DNA from: Eledone cirrhosa
Lineage: Eukaryota
Reading direction: 5' to 3'
Assembly (NCBI GenBank): GCA_964016885.1
Contig: OZ024742.1
Coordinates: 255,812,001-255,876,000 of the forward strand
DNA length: 64,000 nucleotides
The notes beneath the pieces were generated by a model that was not told the origin of the DNA, ran no database searches, and was given only the letters and a program-made list of their open reading frames with translations. Both the position numbers and the translations under genes were made by a program. Shown here piece after piece: positions 28,537 through 42,919 of this stretch (the stretch's first letter is position 1; each line of letters opens with the position of its first letter).

Positions 28537-28936
28537 TAAACGGAGAAGAAAATGCTGAGAAATTGTTCCCAGTGAAAAATAGTTTAATTAGGAATAAGGA
28601 AAATTAGTAATAGTATTGATTAGTATTCAGTTTGGGTTTTCCGTTTTACCGGTTGCGCATTTCTAATGCTTTTCAAAAATAATTTTGAGATAGAGCGCCC
28701 GTGATGTTTGCTCTAATCTGATTAGTTTTGGAAATTCTACCTGTTTTATGTGAAAAAACTGGCTCCATGTGTATTAAAATAAGTTTCGCACCAATTCGTG
28801 TTGCAAAAATTCTTGTGGTCAAAACAATTTTGATTGGTCGGTAGAGGTCATGTGGATGTTAAAAATAATGTTGCGCCAAATGTAGGTTTGTGTCGGCCGA
28901 TTGAGAAGTCACTGAAAAATAAGTCTTTCAAAACAA

Positions 28937-28980
<44 letters not shown>

Positions 28981-29073
28981 TAGTAGTAGTAAAGAGGTTC
29001 GTTGTTGTGATAATGGTCAGCACGGATGTGTGTGCGAACCGCAGCCTGTTGACAGTTCAAATGCCTATTAAGA

Positions 29074-29145
<72 letters not shown>

Positions 29146-30015
29146 TGTTTGTGTGTGTGTGTGTGTGTAGCAGAGTAATTCGTGGTAGAGGGATGGTCAG
29201 TAGGAATGTGTCTGTACGTGTGTGGGGGATATTTTAACATGTTGATAATATTTTTCAGCTCTTGTCTTATACGGAGAAGTGTGTGTGTGTGTATATATAT
29301 CTCTTTGTATGTTAATGTACACGTGTGTATGTGTGTGTGTATATATGTGTGTGTGTGTATGTATGTGTGTGTGTGTGTGTGTGAGAATGTGTGTGTGGGG
29401 GGGTGGACCAGTATTTTTGTGATACTGGTAAAAATGGTGTACATAATTCGATATTTTCAGTAAAAACGATTCTCTCAATAGAACATCAAACACTTTAATA
29501 ATAAAAGGTGTGAAACGATATATAGTATTGGCATAATACCAAGGTGTGTGTGAGTGTCCAGATTGTACGTACTGCAAGGGGAATCCATTAGGCCTTGCCG
29601 TATTAGAATGCTTGTGTACAAATATGTATGTGCCCATCAGTGTGCAATGCATGTGTGCGTTTATGTATGTGTGTGTGTCGGTACGTTTATATCTATAGAC
29701 ATCAAAAGATATGCAAGTTTGTGTAAATTTGTGTTGCACCATAGAACATGTGTGTTTACGTATGTCATTGTGTTTATATGTGGATAGAGATGTATGCTGA
29801 TGTAGGTATGTATGTTGACGTGTGTATGTTGTGGGTTCGTCTTAGGGAGAAGTGTTTAGACGGGGTGCGTATTTGTTAATAAAGTGAGATTCCTTGCTGA
29901 TTCGCTGGGTGTGGGTGGCATTATCTTTAAATTTGTAGAGGGGAAAGATTGTGAAGTTGGGATGATTTTGGGCGGCACAGGTATCAATGTGTTCACTCAG
30001 TGGTATTTTCCTGTA

Positions 30016-30804
30016 TTACCGTATTTTAATTTGGGATCTATGGACAGTCATGAGTTGGCGGAAGCTGTATTTGGTCTGGCCTATGTATTGTTCTCGACAA
30101 CCTGAGCAAGTTAATACATATATTAGATTTTCTGATGCGCATGTGAAATTGTGTTTTACTATAAAACGTTGTCCTTCTTTGAAATAGAATACCGAACCCC
30201 ATATTAGGTTGATGCATATGCCACCGTTGGGTCTATCGCATTTCTTTACTGTGGGTTTCGTTGTTGTGGTTGGCAGTACTTTGTCATGTGTTAGGATGTT
30301 TTTCATTGACTTAGATTGTCTTTTGCTCTTTATGATATCGTGTGTTCGCAGGATTTGGTTCATTCTATGGTCCTTTTTCAACACAGCGATGTTCTGGAGG
30401 ATGGTGTCAAAGGCCTCATTGTTGAGGGGGTTGTGTGTGGAGATGTATGGAAGAGCTTTTAGTTTCGGTTGATTTACTTTAGGGTGTCTAAGGTCCTGGG
30501 TACTGTGTTTTAGGGCACGTTGGATTCCATTGTCAATTAGCGATGCAGGGTAGTCCCTGCCTATGAGTTTGTCCTTTAGTTCTTGTAGCCGTAAGTAGCA
30601 GGTGTTTTTTTTGGAGACTATAGTACAGATTCTCTTGGCTAAGTTGTAGGGAATATTAATTTTAACGTGTCTATGGTGGCAAGAGTTGAAAGGAAAATAT
30701 TGCTTGGAGTCTGTGGGCTTGTAGTCTATGTCTGTTTCTATTTTTTTGTTATGGATCTTAATGAGGATGTCGAGGAGGGGGAGTTGTTGATGGCTGTATT
30801 CCAT
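30016..30804 (-). pseudogene. PLE RT thumb + GIY-YIG endonuclease (262-aa remnant)
   Basis: LPLLDILI, YKPTDSKQY..FNSCHHRHVKINIPYNLAKRICTIVS, FTCASENLIYVLTCSGCREQYIGQT...HRSQI. Confidence 0.92.
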
Positions 30805-30873
30805 CGTGAAGTTAATATTCGTGTTGAGCCCATTTATAAGGGTGTGAAATTCTTTACATTAACATACAAAGAG

Positions 30874-30959
<86 letters not shown>

Positions 30960-31205
30960 ACACACACACAGACACACACACACAGGCACACGCACACACT
31001 TCTCCGTATAATACAGGAGTTGAAAAATATCTTTTAACATGTTAAAATATCCCCCACACACGTACAGACACATTCCTACTGACCATCCCTCTACCACGAA
31101 TTACTCTGCTACACACACACACAGACATACACACACTTTTCTTAATAGGCATTTGAACTGTCAACAGGCTGCGGTTCGCACACACATCTCTGCTGACCAT
31201 TATCA

Positions 31206-31391
31206 AGGGCGGTGAATTGGCAGTATCGGTAGAGGGCCGGACGCCATGCTTTCTAGCATAGTTACGTCCCTTTACGATCTGAGTTCAAATCCCGCCGAGG
31301 TCGACTTTGCCTTTCATCCTTACGGGGTCGATAAAATAAAGTACCAGTAATGTACTGGGTAATTGCTGGCCTTGTGCCAAAAGTAGAAACA
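31206..31391 (+). mobile_element. Full-length tRNA-derived SINE with 7-bp TSD ATTATCA
   Basis: A box TGGCAGTATCGG, B box GAGTTCAAATCC; TSD at 31199-31205 and 31392-31398; absent from the mirror arm near 29010. Confidence 0.92.
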
Positions 31392-31892
31392 ATTATCACA
31401 ACGACGAACCTCTTTACTACTACTAAACACACACACACACACACATATTTGTTTTGAAAGACTTATTTTCCAGTGACTTCTCAATCAGCCGACACAAACC
31501 TACATTTGGCGCAAAATCAATTTTTAACATCCACATGACCTCTACCGACCAATCAAAATTGTTTTGACCACAAGAATTTTTGCAACGCGAATTGGCGCGA
31601 AACTTATTTTAATACACCTGGAGCCACTTTTTTCACATAAAACAGGTAGAATTTCCAAAAGTAATCAGATTAGAGCAAACATCACGGGCGCTCTATCTCA
31701 AAATTATTTTTGAAAAGCATTAGAAATGCGCAACCGGTAAAACTTAAAACCAAAACTGAATACTAACCAATACTATTACTAATTTTTACTTATTCCTAAT
31801 TAAACTATTTTTCACTGGGAACAACTTGTCAGCATTTTCTTTTCCGTTTACCAATATATCATAACTCGTGTGTTACACCTCTATTCTTTTAA

Positions 31893-31924
<32 letters not shown>

Positions 31925-31927
31925 ACA

Positions 31928-32033
31928 TACTACTGTACGTCTGTATACATATATGTATGTACGTATACATACTTATATTTAAGAAACAGCCGTACTAAGA
32001 ATGAGAAATGAAATTTCGTTTCATTTTTTTCCG
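31928..32033 (+). repeat. Partial seventh unit of the HHR array, resuming after the PLE insertion
   Basis: TACTACTGTACGTCTGTATAC...GAAATTTCGTTTCATTTTTTTCCG. Confidence 0.85.
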
Positions 32034-32044
32034 TGTATTCCATA

Positions 32045-32198
32045 TGAGTTATGGCCCTTTATGATCTGTGTTCAAATCTCACCGAGGTCAACTTTGTCTT
32101 TCATCCTTACGTAGTCGATAACATAAAGTACCAGTCATGCACAATGGTTGATTTAATTGAAAGCGGCTGGCCTTGTGCCGATATAAGAAACCATTATT
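32045..32198 (+). mobile_element. SINE (31206 family), 5'-truncated
   Basis: GTTCAAATCTCACCGAGGTCAACTTTGTCTTTCATCCTTACG...GCTGGCCTTGTGCC. Confidence 0.8.
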
Positions 32199-32649
32199 CG
32201 ATATGAGTAATAGCATTGTATATGTTTGTCGATTAGTGATTAAGGTGTTTAACACACGAGCACAAGGGAATGCATTCGATTCTTAGCCACTCGTTGTGTC
32301 CTTGAGCTAGATATTATATCTCACATTGTTCTAGTCCACTTCGCTGGAAAAATGAGGTGTGCCTGTAATTAAAATGTTCACCCTTGTCACACAGTGTGTT
32401 ACGTTAAATTTACATGGTATTACGTTAAGAGTGCATGTATCTATACTATTCATAAGTTTATTTCACGAGTGTGAGCATTTGTTGAATCTTATGTTAGTGG
32501 ATATGTGTTAATATATCTGTGAATAATGGTGTTGTGAAATTGAAATTGTAATATTCAGGTGTGTAGAAGAAGGTAGAGGCGGCATTAATTTGAGATACAT
32601 CAACCGAGAGATATATTCACAGGATAATAACAGAATATATGTACCTATG

Positions 32650-32739
<90 letters not shown>

Positions 32740-32860
32740 TGTGTATGTATATATACGATTTAATTATAATCATATATAAGTACATATACATATAAATATA
32801 TTATTTTATAGACATAAATAAATAAATATATATATGTGTATATTTATATATATACATGTA

Positions 32861-32899
<39 letters not shown>

Positions 32900-32901
32900 A
32901 C

Positions 32902-32941
<40 letters not shown>

Positions 32942-32944
32942 ATA

Positions 32945-32999
<55 letters not shown>

Positions 33000-33219
33000 A
33001 CACATATATGTGTGCCTTTCTTTACGGCGTAGAAAATTATAGAAATTAGCAAATTGGTTATCTTGTAACAGAATTATCAGTAGACAGACTAATCAATTTT
33101 ACCTCCAAATATAAAGACAACTTGGAAACAAACGTGTGATTACTTTTACATTTAAAACGATTATAATAATAGACGGTGCTATGGAAATAATCTGCTGTAT
33201 ATATCTGAAGAGACGTCGC

Positions 33220-33302
<83 letters not shown>

Positions 33303-33328
33303 CATCTACATACACACACACACGTATG

Positions 33329-33365
<37 letters not shown>

Positions 33366-34262
33366 GTGTGTGTGTGTGTTTGTGTGTGTGTTTGTGTGTG
33401 CGTGTGTGCTTGTCTATCTGTACACGCGCGTACAATTATACTTTATACTTATATATATAGACGGAGAGAGGGCGAGAGAGAGAGAGACTGAAAGAATTAA
33501 TGATAAATGATAAATGATATTTTTATAGCTAGATAGCTAGATGAATCATGATCATGTTGATCATCATCATCGTCATCATCGTTTAACGTTGGTTTACCCC
33601 GATGTCATGATTTGGATGTGTCAACGCAGATCAAATTATTAGTTAAACGGAATCACTAATTATTCCCTTGTGTCTGAGCACAGATATCACATTATTTCAC
33701 ATACTTTTGAGAGTGCATCATCTAGCTTATCCTGACATCATCACTAGCGGGCTCGACGTGTGTTTCATACACCTAACGGATCCTTTCTAGCTTTTGGCAA
33801 TTTTACCACGATGGATGCTCTTCCTATAAATCAATCCCATTTCAGAGCATACTAGATGCATTTTATGGTGTGACCTAGCTTTAAATATATAAATGAGATA
33901 CCTTGTACTGGTTAATGATATCTTTTTTGTAAAGGTAATAGCTCAGTGTAAAGTTACTCGTCTTTTCCACGCATGCGTAAGGTTTTTTTGACTGTGTTTT
34001 TGCTGGATGATGCACAATGACCTGTGAGGGCGCCCATCGTATATATATATATATATTGTTATATTAGGGGATGGTATTCTTGCCCATAGAAATAATCACA
34101 CAGACTGTTCTAATGTTCACGTTAACTTTATTGCTCGCTATCCATTCGTTCGTCAAAGTTCTTTCGTAACATATTCTGTAACCACCATAATGACTGTCTA
34201 CTTTCTGCCTCCTCTTCTTTATGGTCTTAAGCTTTACTTCTACTTGTCTTTGTTTTGTCGTA

Positions 34263-34324
<62 letters not shown>

Positions 34325-34328
<4 letters not shown>

Positions 34329-34866
34329 TATGTATACGTACATACATATATGTATACAGCCGTACAGTAGTATGTATAATCATACATGCACACACACATA
34401 TATATATATATATATGTATGGGTTTACCGAACATTTATTATAATGTTCGGTTTGTTTGTAAACAAACAGCCCAAATTAAGCCGTACAGTGCTTGGCAATC
34501 ATCGTTGCCCTTTTGTTCAACACTGACAAAGGAAAGATGAACTAGTTTCTAGCTCATTAGCTGTCACCAACACAGTATACCTTCCTGTCAGTCGATTGAA
34601 CGTTTCAAAGTATATACTTTCCTTATGCATATTAACGGCTGAACAGCCTAATTTGCATATTGAGTGCGTTAGTCGGCCGGGCGTACTGAAAACGATAAAT
34701 GGGCGTACTGAAAACGATAAATATAAGTATACAGACGTACAGTAGTATGTATATACATACTTGCACATACTACTCTACGTCTGTATACATATATGTATGT
34801 ACGTATACATACTTATATTTAAGTATCAGCCGTACTAAGGATGAGAAATGAAATTTCACTTTTTCC
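34325..34866. mobile_element. Older copy of the 420-bp HHR unit (minus) plus inverted partial copy, in (TA)n
   Basis: Same unit sequence; HHR core decayed to TTGGTGA at ~34534-34576; plus-strand partial copy from ~34768. Confidence 0.8.
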
Positions 34867-34877
34867 ATATATATATA

Positions 34878-34957
<80 letters not shown>

Positions 34958-35052
34958 TATATATATGTGTGTATATACATATATATGTGTGTGTATATTA
35001 ATATGTATATGTATATATATATATGTATATAAATAAATATATATATATATAT

Positions 35053-35160
<108 letters not shown>

Positions 35161-35202
35161 GTGTGTATATACATACATATATATATATGTGTGTGTATAT
35201 TA

Positions 35203-35233
<31 letters not shown>

Positions 35234-36079
35234 CGTGCGTGTATGTGTGTGTGTGTGTATGTGTATTCCGTTGTCTATCTTTTTTCGACCACAAATTTTA
35301 CTGGAAATTTTCACAACACACGGACATTGTGCTTGTAGTGAGTAGATTTTAACACCCCTAAATGTTGTCTGTCTACTAATTAAAATAAATATAAAAAAAA
35401 CTTTGTTAACAAATAGAAAACCTTAGTTGCTTTAATACCCAAAACAAATGCCTAATGTATAGACATTTCTCGTGATATTGATAATAGAGAATATCTAATA
35501 TTTCGAAACTTTTAACGGTATATCATTTTGGTAAGTAAAATCAAATTATTATAGAATAGAAAAACAAAATGTAAATTAAATATGCTGAAATATGAAATAA
35601 TGACTTATATTCTTTTCTAATCATGTTTTTACCATGAATTATTATTATTGCTGTGGATAACGGATAAGAAATTTTGATGAAACAGCGAATTAGTATTTCA
35701 CCAATAACGGAATATCGTTCATTGCTAATTAATAGGAATGTTGCATTAATCATCATCATCATCATTAATAATATTGCCGGTCCGCACAATAAATATGATA
35801 ATTAGTGTATTGTCTACTGCCAGTCACAACAATGATCTCATTCTAACAGTACTTCCTCAGTGTATGTGCAATGCCGAACAAGGCAGTCTTTTATGGGAGA
35901 GTAATTTGTGATTTAGTATTTATTTGATTGAGATACACGCCTGTAAGTTTTCGTGGCATCGAACTTATAGTTCTGATAAGAACAGGAATTATATTAATGT
36001 TAGCTGGTATTAACCATATTCATGCAATTTCAATCTTTAAGTGAGTATTTTTGTTATATTTCCAATCTCTTCCGCGATT

Positions 36080-36235
36080 ATTCCGTGGCCTCCTGGGATG
36101 GAACATTCATAATTTCGCATTCACACATATTTCTGAGCATAAGTAAAATATCAGGTCTATTGTGTTTAAATCTGCTGTCCCTTTGGATAGGGAAGTAGTA
36201 TATCTTGGCCTTTTCTTTGATATTAATGACACTTT
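36080..36235 (-). pseudogene. R4/Dong-like RLE fragment
   Basis: KAKIYYFPIQRDSRFKHNRPDILLM in ORF 36078-36584. Confidence 0.6.
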
Positions 36236-36424
36236 CTGTAGTAGTAGTAGTAGTAGTAGTAGTAGCAGCAGCAGCAGCAGCAGCAGCGGCAGCAGCAGTA
36301 GTAGTAGTAGTAGAAGCAGTAATAGTAGTAGTAGGAAGGTAGAAATGACAGATACATCTCATTTTGCGTGAATGTGGCACAGTCAGACATTCATATATTA
36401 TTGTCATCAAAATAACAGTAGGTC

Positions 36425-36491
<67 letters not shown>

Positions 36492-36587
36492 TGACGTTGT
36501 TGTTGTAGGAAGGTACAAATAACAGATAAATCTCATTTTGTGTGAATGTTGCTCAGTCAGATATTCATATATTATTGTCATCAAAAT
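36236..36587. repeat. (TAG)n/(CAG)n tracts, each followed by a duplicated ~85-bp segment
   Basis: GTAGGAAGGTA..ACAGATA..TCTCATTTTG..GAATG..CAGTCAGA..TTCATATATTATTGTCATCAAAAT at ~36331 and ~36505. Confidence 0.8.
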
Positions 36588-37589
36588 TATTTGAAAATAG
36601 TTTAAAATTCTCCAAGATTACAGGAGAGAGAATTTATAACGAGATCAACGCTATAAAATTCAGGATCCAATTACGTTTCAATCTGCGATATTGTTGACTG
36701 CGCACAAAATCATTTTTATGCACAATTCCCGCCGATATATTTCATCACGAAATCAAGCTCCGTTGATTGCGTGACTTGTTTTCTATAACTAGTGAAAAAA
36801 GTGAAAATAAATAAAAATAATATTACCCTAATTTTTCTCATATTTTCCTTCCATTCAGTTATATGTATACTTTATTATTATGATTTATTTTTTTACTATA
36901 ATCCTTCCTGTGTCTTTTATTTCAATCACGGAATTTTCATTTCAAATGCAAACGTTGCAGAATTCCGAGTTTTCCATCTTGTCGTGCCATAAATCTTATA
37001 TTTTCCTTTTCAATATTTATTTCAATATATTTTATGTCGTTCACCATCTAACGTGTGTAGCCTATTATATTTCTTGTTTTCGTGACATTTCCGTGTTACT
37101 GTGGGTAATGGTGGTGGCCGGTATATTGTTTTTCTGTGTGTGGTGTTGGTTGGATGGTATATTGGATTTCTGAGTGTGTTTGTCGTAGTAGTGATGGCAG
37201 ATGTATGGTATAATGTTATTGGTGTGTGGCCGTGGTTATGGTAGTAGATAGTATAATATTCTCTGTGTGTGCTTGTTGGCGGTGGATGGTATAGGTGTGG
37301 GGTTTGTAGGGGTAGTAGTTAAGTGGAAGGTTTATCGTTTTCTGTGATGGAGGTGGTGGTGGTGATGGTTGGAAAAAGAGAAAATGTTGTTGACAGAACA
37401 AGATAATGACAAAGAGGAGATACAATGGAGCAATAATAATTATTGAGAAGGTTACAGGGTGTGCGACGAAAGAGCGTTGACAATTAACTATTAAACACCC
37501 ACTGGGTAATTAAAGCAACTGATGGATGGATTACATGTTCAACTTATAATAAACTGAAGTATAATAATATATGTGTGTGGCCACCTGGC

Positions 37590-37710
37590 ATCAGAAGCAC
37601 ACTCTTTACTCGACAGGTAGAAAATACCACGATGTTTAAATATCGGTCAATTCTCCGATAAATATTCTTTCAAACCCATAGCGATGGAAATATCTGGAGT
37701 GTTCCTTTCT
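37590..37710 (+). pseudogene. Possible CRE-clade LINE RLE fragment
   Basis: Hand translation with one frameshift: VENTTMFKYRSI..KYSFKPIAMEISGVF, similar to AE..K..KY...Y.F.P.A.ET.G. Confidence 0.4.
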
Positions 37711-37947
37711 CGGTCACCCATCGGGTTAACATTTTCGCTACACTGTCAGACAAGCCTTTTCGCTACACTGTCAATACTGTAGATAAATTGATAACGTAAT
37801 GATGGTTAATTATTTAAATGAAATTTAAATCAAAATTGTGTAGATTATGAATATCCGGTTGAATTAAGATACATAGAGAAAATTGTAAATCAGGAATGCA
37901 AACATTCTTTTGTAAATGTCAAAAACAATAGACGATCACTGTAAATA

Positions 37948-38160
37948 ACGGTTTCTCATATTGGCACAAGGCAAGCAATTTTGGGGAGGGGAAAGTCGAT
38001 TAAATGGACCCCACTGCGTGACTGGGACGATATTTTATCGATCTCGTAAGGGTGAAAGGCAAAGTTAATCTCGGCTAGATTTAAACTCAGACCATAAGGG
38101 GCCGTATTTCTATGCTGCAAAGCATGGCGTCCGACCCTCTACCAATACTGTCTTTCCACC
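37948..38160 (-). mobile_element. SINE (31206 family)
   Basis: Reverse complement of the 31206 element, including head and 3' GAAACCGTTATT. Confidence 0.8.
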
Positions 38161-38954
38161 ACCCTTGATCACTGTAAATAATAGTAATCATGGAGAGAGA
38201 AAAGTCTGGACAGAAGCGTCTGCAAGGTATCGAACCTCACATATTTTGGATATCGGGTGCTAACCATTAAGTTAAAGAGTATTTGGTAAGCAAATGCAGT
38301 GGACGGAAAATTGGCATTGAAATCACGCATAAGTTTGTGGCCTACACTAACCACTTGGGATAACATCATGGAAGATGTGGCTGGTTCCTTTTCATTTTGC
38401 AAGCACTGTCATTTTGCACTTCTCATTTTGCAAGTAGCTGAATGTAAAATGTCTAATTTGCTGGACATCGGCTGGATCGTACAATCCGTGACTTGTACCC
38501 ATGCTATTTTTTTCTTTTGAAGGTGGGCGAAAAAACGTTTATAAATCAAAACCAAAAACTCTGACTCAATTGGAGGAAAGCATTCGTCATGTACTGGCCG
38601 ATATAAGTTCCTGATGAAGTCAGGGTAACATCAATGGATTTATACGAAAGTAAATTATTTTGGTAATGGCATACGGTCAATGAAGGCAAAACAAGACTAG
38701 AAATTTCATTTCAACAAAAGTTTTACAGTCAAATCTTGTACGCTATAAACAGGGATCGAGAAAATTAAAATTAAAAATTTCATAGAACATTTTAGAAATG
38801 AAGTCCCATCAAAATTAACCCACTGTTTCAGACACAAAACTGGGCTTAATACCCACCACCTTTGTTTCATTGGCAGAGTATCCAATAACATGATGATGAT
38901 GATAATAATAATAAATAATAGTAAACATTATTATTATCATTTGTATTATTATTA

Positions 38955-39370
38955 ATGTCGGTGGATTGGCAGTATCGGTAGAGAATCAGACACCATGCTT
39001 TGCAGCATAGAGTTACAGCCCTTTATTATTTGAGTTCAAATCCCGCCGAGGTTAACTTTGCTTTTATCCTTACGAGGTTACGCACTAGGGTCGATTTAAT
39101 CAACTTTTCCCTCCCCCAAAATTGCTGGCCTTGTGCCTATATAAGAAACCATTATTAATGGCGGTTGATTGGCAGTATCGGTAGACAATCGAACAAAATA
39201 CTTTGCAGCATAGGTTTACGGCCCTTTATGCTCTGAGTTCAAATCCCGTCGAAGTGAGCTTTGCCTTTCATCCTTACGGGATCGACAAATAAATCATCAG
39301 TAATACACTAGGATCGATTCATTCCATCCCCTTCAAATTGCTGGCCTTGTTCCTAAAGTAGAAAACATTA
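38955..39370 (+). mobile_element. Two head-to-tail SINE copies (31206 family)
   Basis: ATTGGCAGTATCGGTAGA at ~38965 and ~39168, each with GAGTTCAAATCCCG and GCTGGCCTTGT; (ATT)n tail. Confidence 0.85.
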
Positions 39371-40156
39371 TCATTATTATTATTATTATGTAATATTGTT
39401 TTTTCTATATACGTCCTCCATTGCACTATATTATCTAGAATCATGATCCAGTGAGCTGTAAGTTCTTTTTTCCTTACACATATTCTAATGAATATTTATA
39501 GTATTGTGAGCGTCGCCATATATTTACGATGTTTATTGATACATACGATGCGTAAATATCTAGAGGCGATATGATGTTCCTTTTTTTAATATTTATATTC
39601 TTCTCAGGCAATGAGTGAGGTGGATTTCAAATTAGTCGTAAAATCTGTCCAAAGTTTTGTCTGAGATGTTGTTAAAGAAAATTTCATATATTATTCATTT
39701 ATCTTTCGGCTTCATTGGATGTCTTCAAATATTTTGTTCAATACAGTCTTTCCTATTATATGTCATATATTCCATTACGATGAATAATTCTTATTTTTCC
39801 GCCTCTTCATCCTTCTTTCCCTCCTCTCACCTCTCCTCCTCTCTGTTATCTGGCCGCCATACTTCCGCAATCTTTCTAAATATTAAAATAGAATTTATCA
39901 AGGAAGCTGCCAGAACACACAGAAACGTCTTCCATGCACACACCTCCGCATAAACATAGACACATAAACATACACACACATACATGCAAACACATGCCCA
40001 TGCGCACACATGTACGCATATCTATCTATATCTATATATGTGTATATCTGTGTGCAATAGCTTGAATTAAAATGTTATGCCTCAATGATTTCTATAGAGA
40101 AATTGATACTGAACGTTTATGCTTTTGTATGAATATTCACAATATATCACTACATT

Positions 40157-40260
<104 letters not shown>

Positions 40261-40334
40261 TGGGAGGTTGGCTTGGGTGGGTACGTGAGAGAGGAAGAGA
40301 GAGAGAAATATATATATATATATATATATATATT

Positions 40335-40365
<31 letters not shown>

Positions 40366-41074
40366 GAAAAGAGTGAGAGATAGTGAAAGTGATCGAACAT
40401 ATATGTGTTTGCTAATGGTAACCAACAGGAAAAAGGATTCAATGCCGGAAATCGGAAGTAGAATATAAATAATTTCATTCAGTCACTCGAGACGAATCTG
40501 ATTGCAACGTACCGTTTCAACAATCCTCATTGCCTTGTATCATCAATCGGCCATTTTGATTAGAACATATGCAACAACAAAAAGAATAAAAGATGTCTCA
40601 ACCAATATACTATTTTCAATGCTCAGCAAGGATCTCTTGAATTCACATTGGCGTGATATTGATATGGGACAAGTGATATCGATCTAACTGCAATTAAAAT
40701 TATGAATTAAGAGGAGATAATGACCTTCACGATTTCAGTTTATTCCACGTTGCTTCAGTCCATCCAGTTTGCAAATATGAGTTGTAGGTGTAGGGGCAAA
40801 TCTTGTCAAACACTGTGTAACTTTGAATCGACCTAAGTAATTAAGTTAAGGACACATGAGCCTGCAGAATGTTCATATTCTGTCACGTTAATTTCATGAG
40901 CAACCATTCCGTTGATAAGGAAATGTAGCCTAAATATTTGGTGGTCCATTCCATGTAAGCACACAGTTTTAGCTTTGATATCATTGCACAAACTGTGAGG
41001 GAAGAGTTTTCTATTATACCAACTATCAAGTGCCTTCTGTCCCTTCCTGCTCACTACACTCTGATTTCGAGGAT

Positions 41075-41113
<39 letters not shown>

Positions 41114-42360
41114 TCTGTGTGTGGTTGTGTGTTTGTGCACATAAACATCTACGTTATATGCAATACATGCTAACATTTTAAAGTGCCATTTTGTTTAGTT
41201 TTTAAAACTCAATTTCATTTTTGCTCTTTCCCCAAACTATTTCAACCACATTTTCTGCATCGCGTCTGTAGATAAATACTACGATCACAGAGATACAATA
41301 ACTCAAATTCTGGTCAGATATATATATATAATTATGAAGAACAAGCTAACAAGTTATAATTCACTTCGTTTGTTCATAATCCTTGTTTTATTTTGTTGAT
41401 AACCGTTATGCAACAGTTATGACCTCATCAAACAGCTAAAAGCTCGAACAGAAAAAGCAGAAAAACATAAAGCTTACTTATTTAAATGGCCGTACTTCCA
41501 AATATTACCATACAATCATAGACATATCTGCTTCTCAGAGTCTAGAATATTGAATGATTATCATCAATTACAGTAATTAGTATCGATCACTAATTATCGT
41601 TTCTGGTGAACCTCAATGAAGACCATGAAACTTTCCGTCAGTATGTTTAAATCTTCGCTAAAATACATATATATCTTGCTCTGTGTCAACATTGCAATCT
41701 CTAACCTTGGGAAAATTTATTTAAATGTTTTCCACATGGTGTACTTATAACGTAATATATAGGAAGACATGTAGACAAGACATGCCTTAAGGAGTGCTAG
41801 AAAGAGCACCAGGTGAATCCATTTCAGTCAACACAAAACTAAATTTGTATTTGCCACATATGTATATATGCATTAAAGGTTAATTGGTTTCTCAATTGAT
41901 ATATCTCCATATATCGTTTGAAATTATATTATAATATTGATGCTCTGAACAGAGGTGTATTGAGCTTTTTACTGAGAAACATTGTCCATACATATTTTAT
42001 ATATATTGAGTAAGCTATATATATATTCATTAAAGAAGAAGAGAAGGCCTGACTGAAAAATTTACTTCAGAAATTTAAATTCTGCTAAAACACTATGCAT
42101 ATTTCGATGGCCCTGGTGTATCATCAGATCATGCTGCAAAACTAGACGATTTCATATATGTTATTTGCGGAATTAATAAACAAGATTACGCGTTGAAGAC
42201 AAACAGAAAATAGAAAATAGAACACCGATACGATTCGGGGCCTGCTTGACAATTCGTTATATATATAGTTATGGGTGAAAGCACCGAATTTTGCTTATAT
42301 ATATATATATATATATATATACAGAGATATATATATATATAGATAGATAGAGAGAGAGAG

Positions 42361-42392
<32 letters not shown>

Positions 42393-42414
42393 GGAGAGAG
42401 AGGAGAGAGAGAGA

Positions 42415-42497
<83 letters not shown>

Positions 42498-42919
42498 ATA
42501 TGCAATGCTGTAAAGAAAGTAGAGAGTTATATATGATAATATGCAATTGACACGTATTTTTAGGATTAGCTCCATGCCTTTATATAATATATAGGTTTGA
42601 AGAGAAATGATTTATTAGTGAGAAACATTTGAAGCTGTAGGCATAAACACAGAGCAAATATAAACATGTATATCGCCGGAAAAAAAATCAACGTATATCA
42701 TAAAAAAAAAAAAGAAATCATATTTATTTCCTTATACATGTTTCAAAGGAGTTGCGCATTCAATTCTTTGAAATGTTATGAAACAGGCTGCATATCTGTG
42801 TCCATATAAGCGTAGATTTATAACCATAATTGTACATTCCTTCTCTTCGGAGGATCGCGAAAAGTTTCAAAATGAGTGGAAATGTGAGGGAAATATCAAT
42901 TTGATCTTTGGCGAATTCC

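Larger units (their letters stand above)
28534..31892 (-). mobile_element. 5'-truncated Penelope-like element with inverted copy of its 3' end, inserted in (TA)n
   Basis: 28534-~29320 is the reverse complement of ~30850-31851; the interior encodes RT thumb and GIY-YIG. Confidence 0.92.

Noticed and set aside
31206-31300. tRNA-like A/B boxes
   Set aside because: SINE head with TSD and many decayed copies; no cloverleaf
28534-31851. Long terminal inverted repeats suggesting a DNA transposon or Polinton
   Set aside because: The interior encodes PLE RT/GIY-YIG and the arms are asymmetric copies of its 3' end
38607-38660. CTGATGA...GAAA
   Set aside because: Stem II has only 2 bp and there is no stem I; likely chance
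38170-38890. Possible DNA-transposon or exon remnant (ORF 38299-38520)
   Set aside because: No motif I can recognise
42088-42137. Minus-strand CTGATGA..GAAAtatgcata
   Set aside because: Stems I and II do not pair; at best a very old relic
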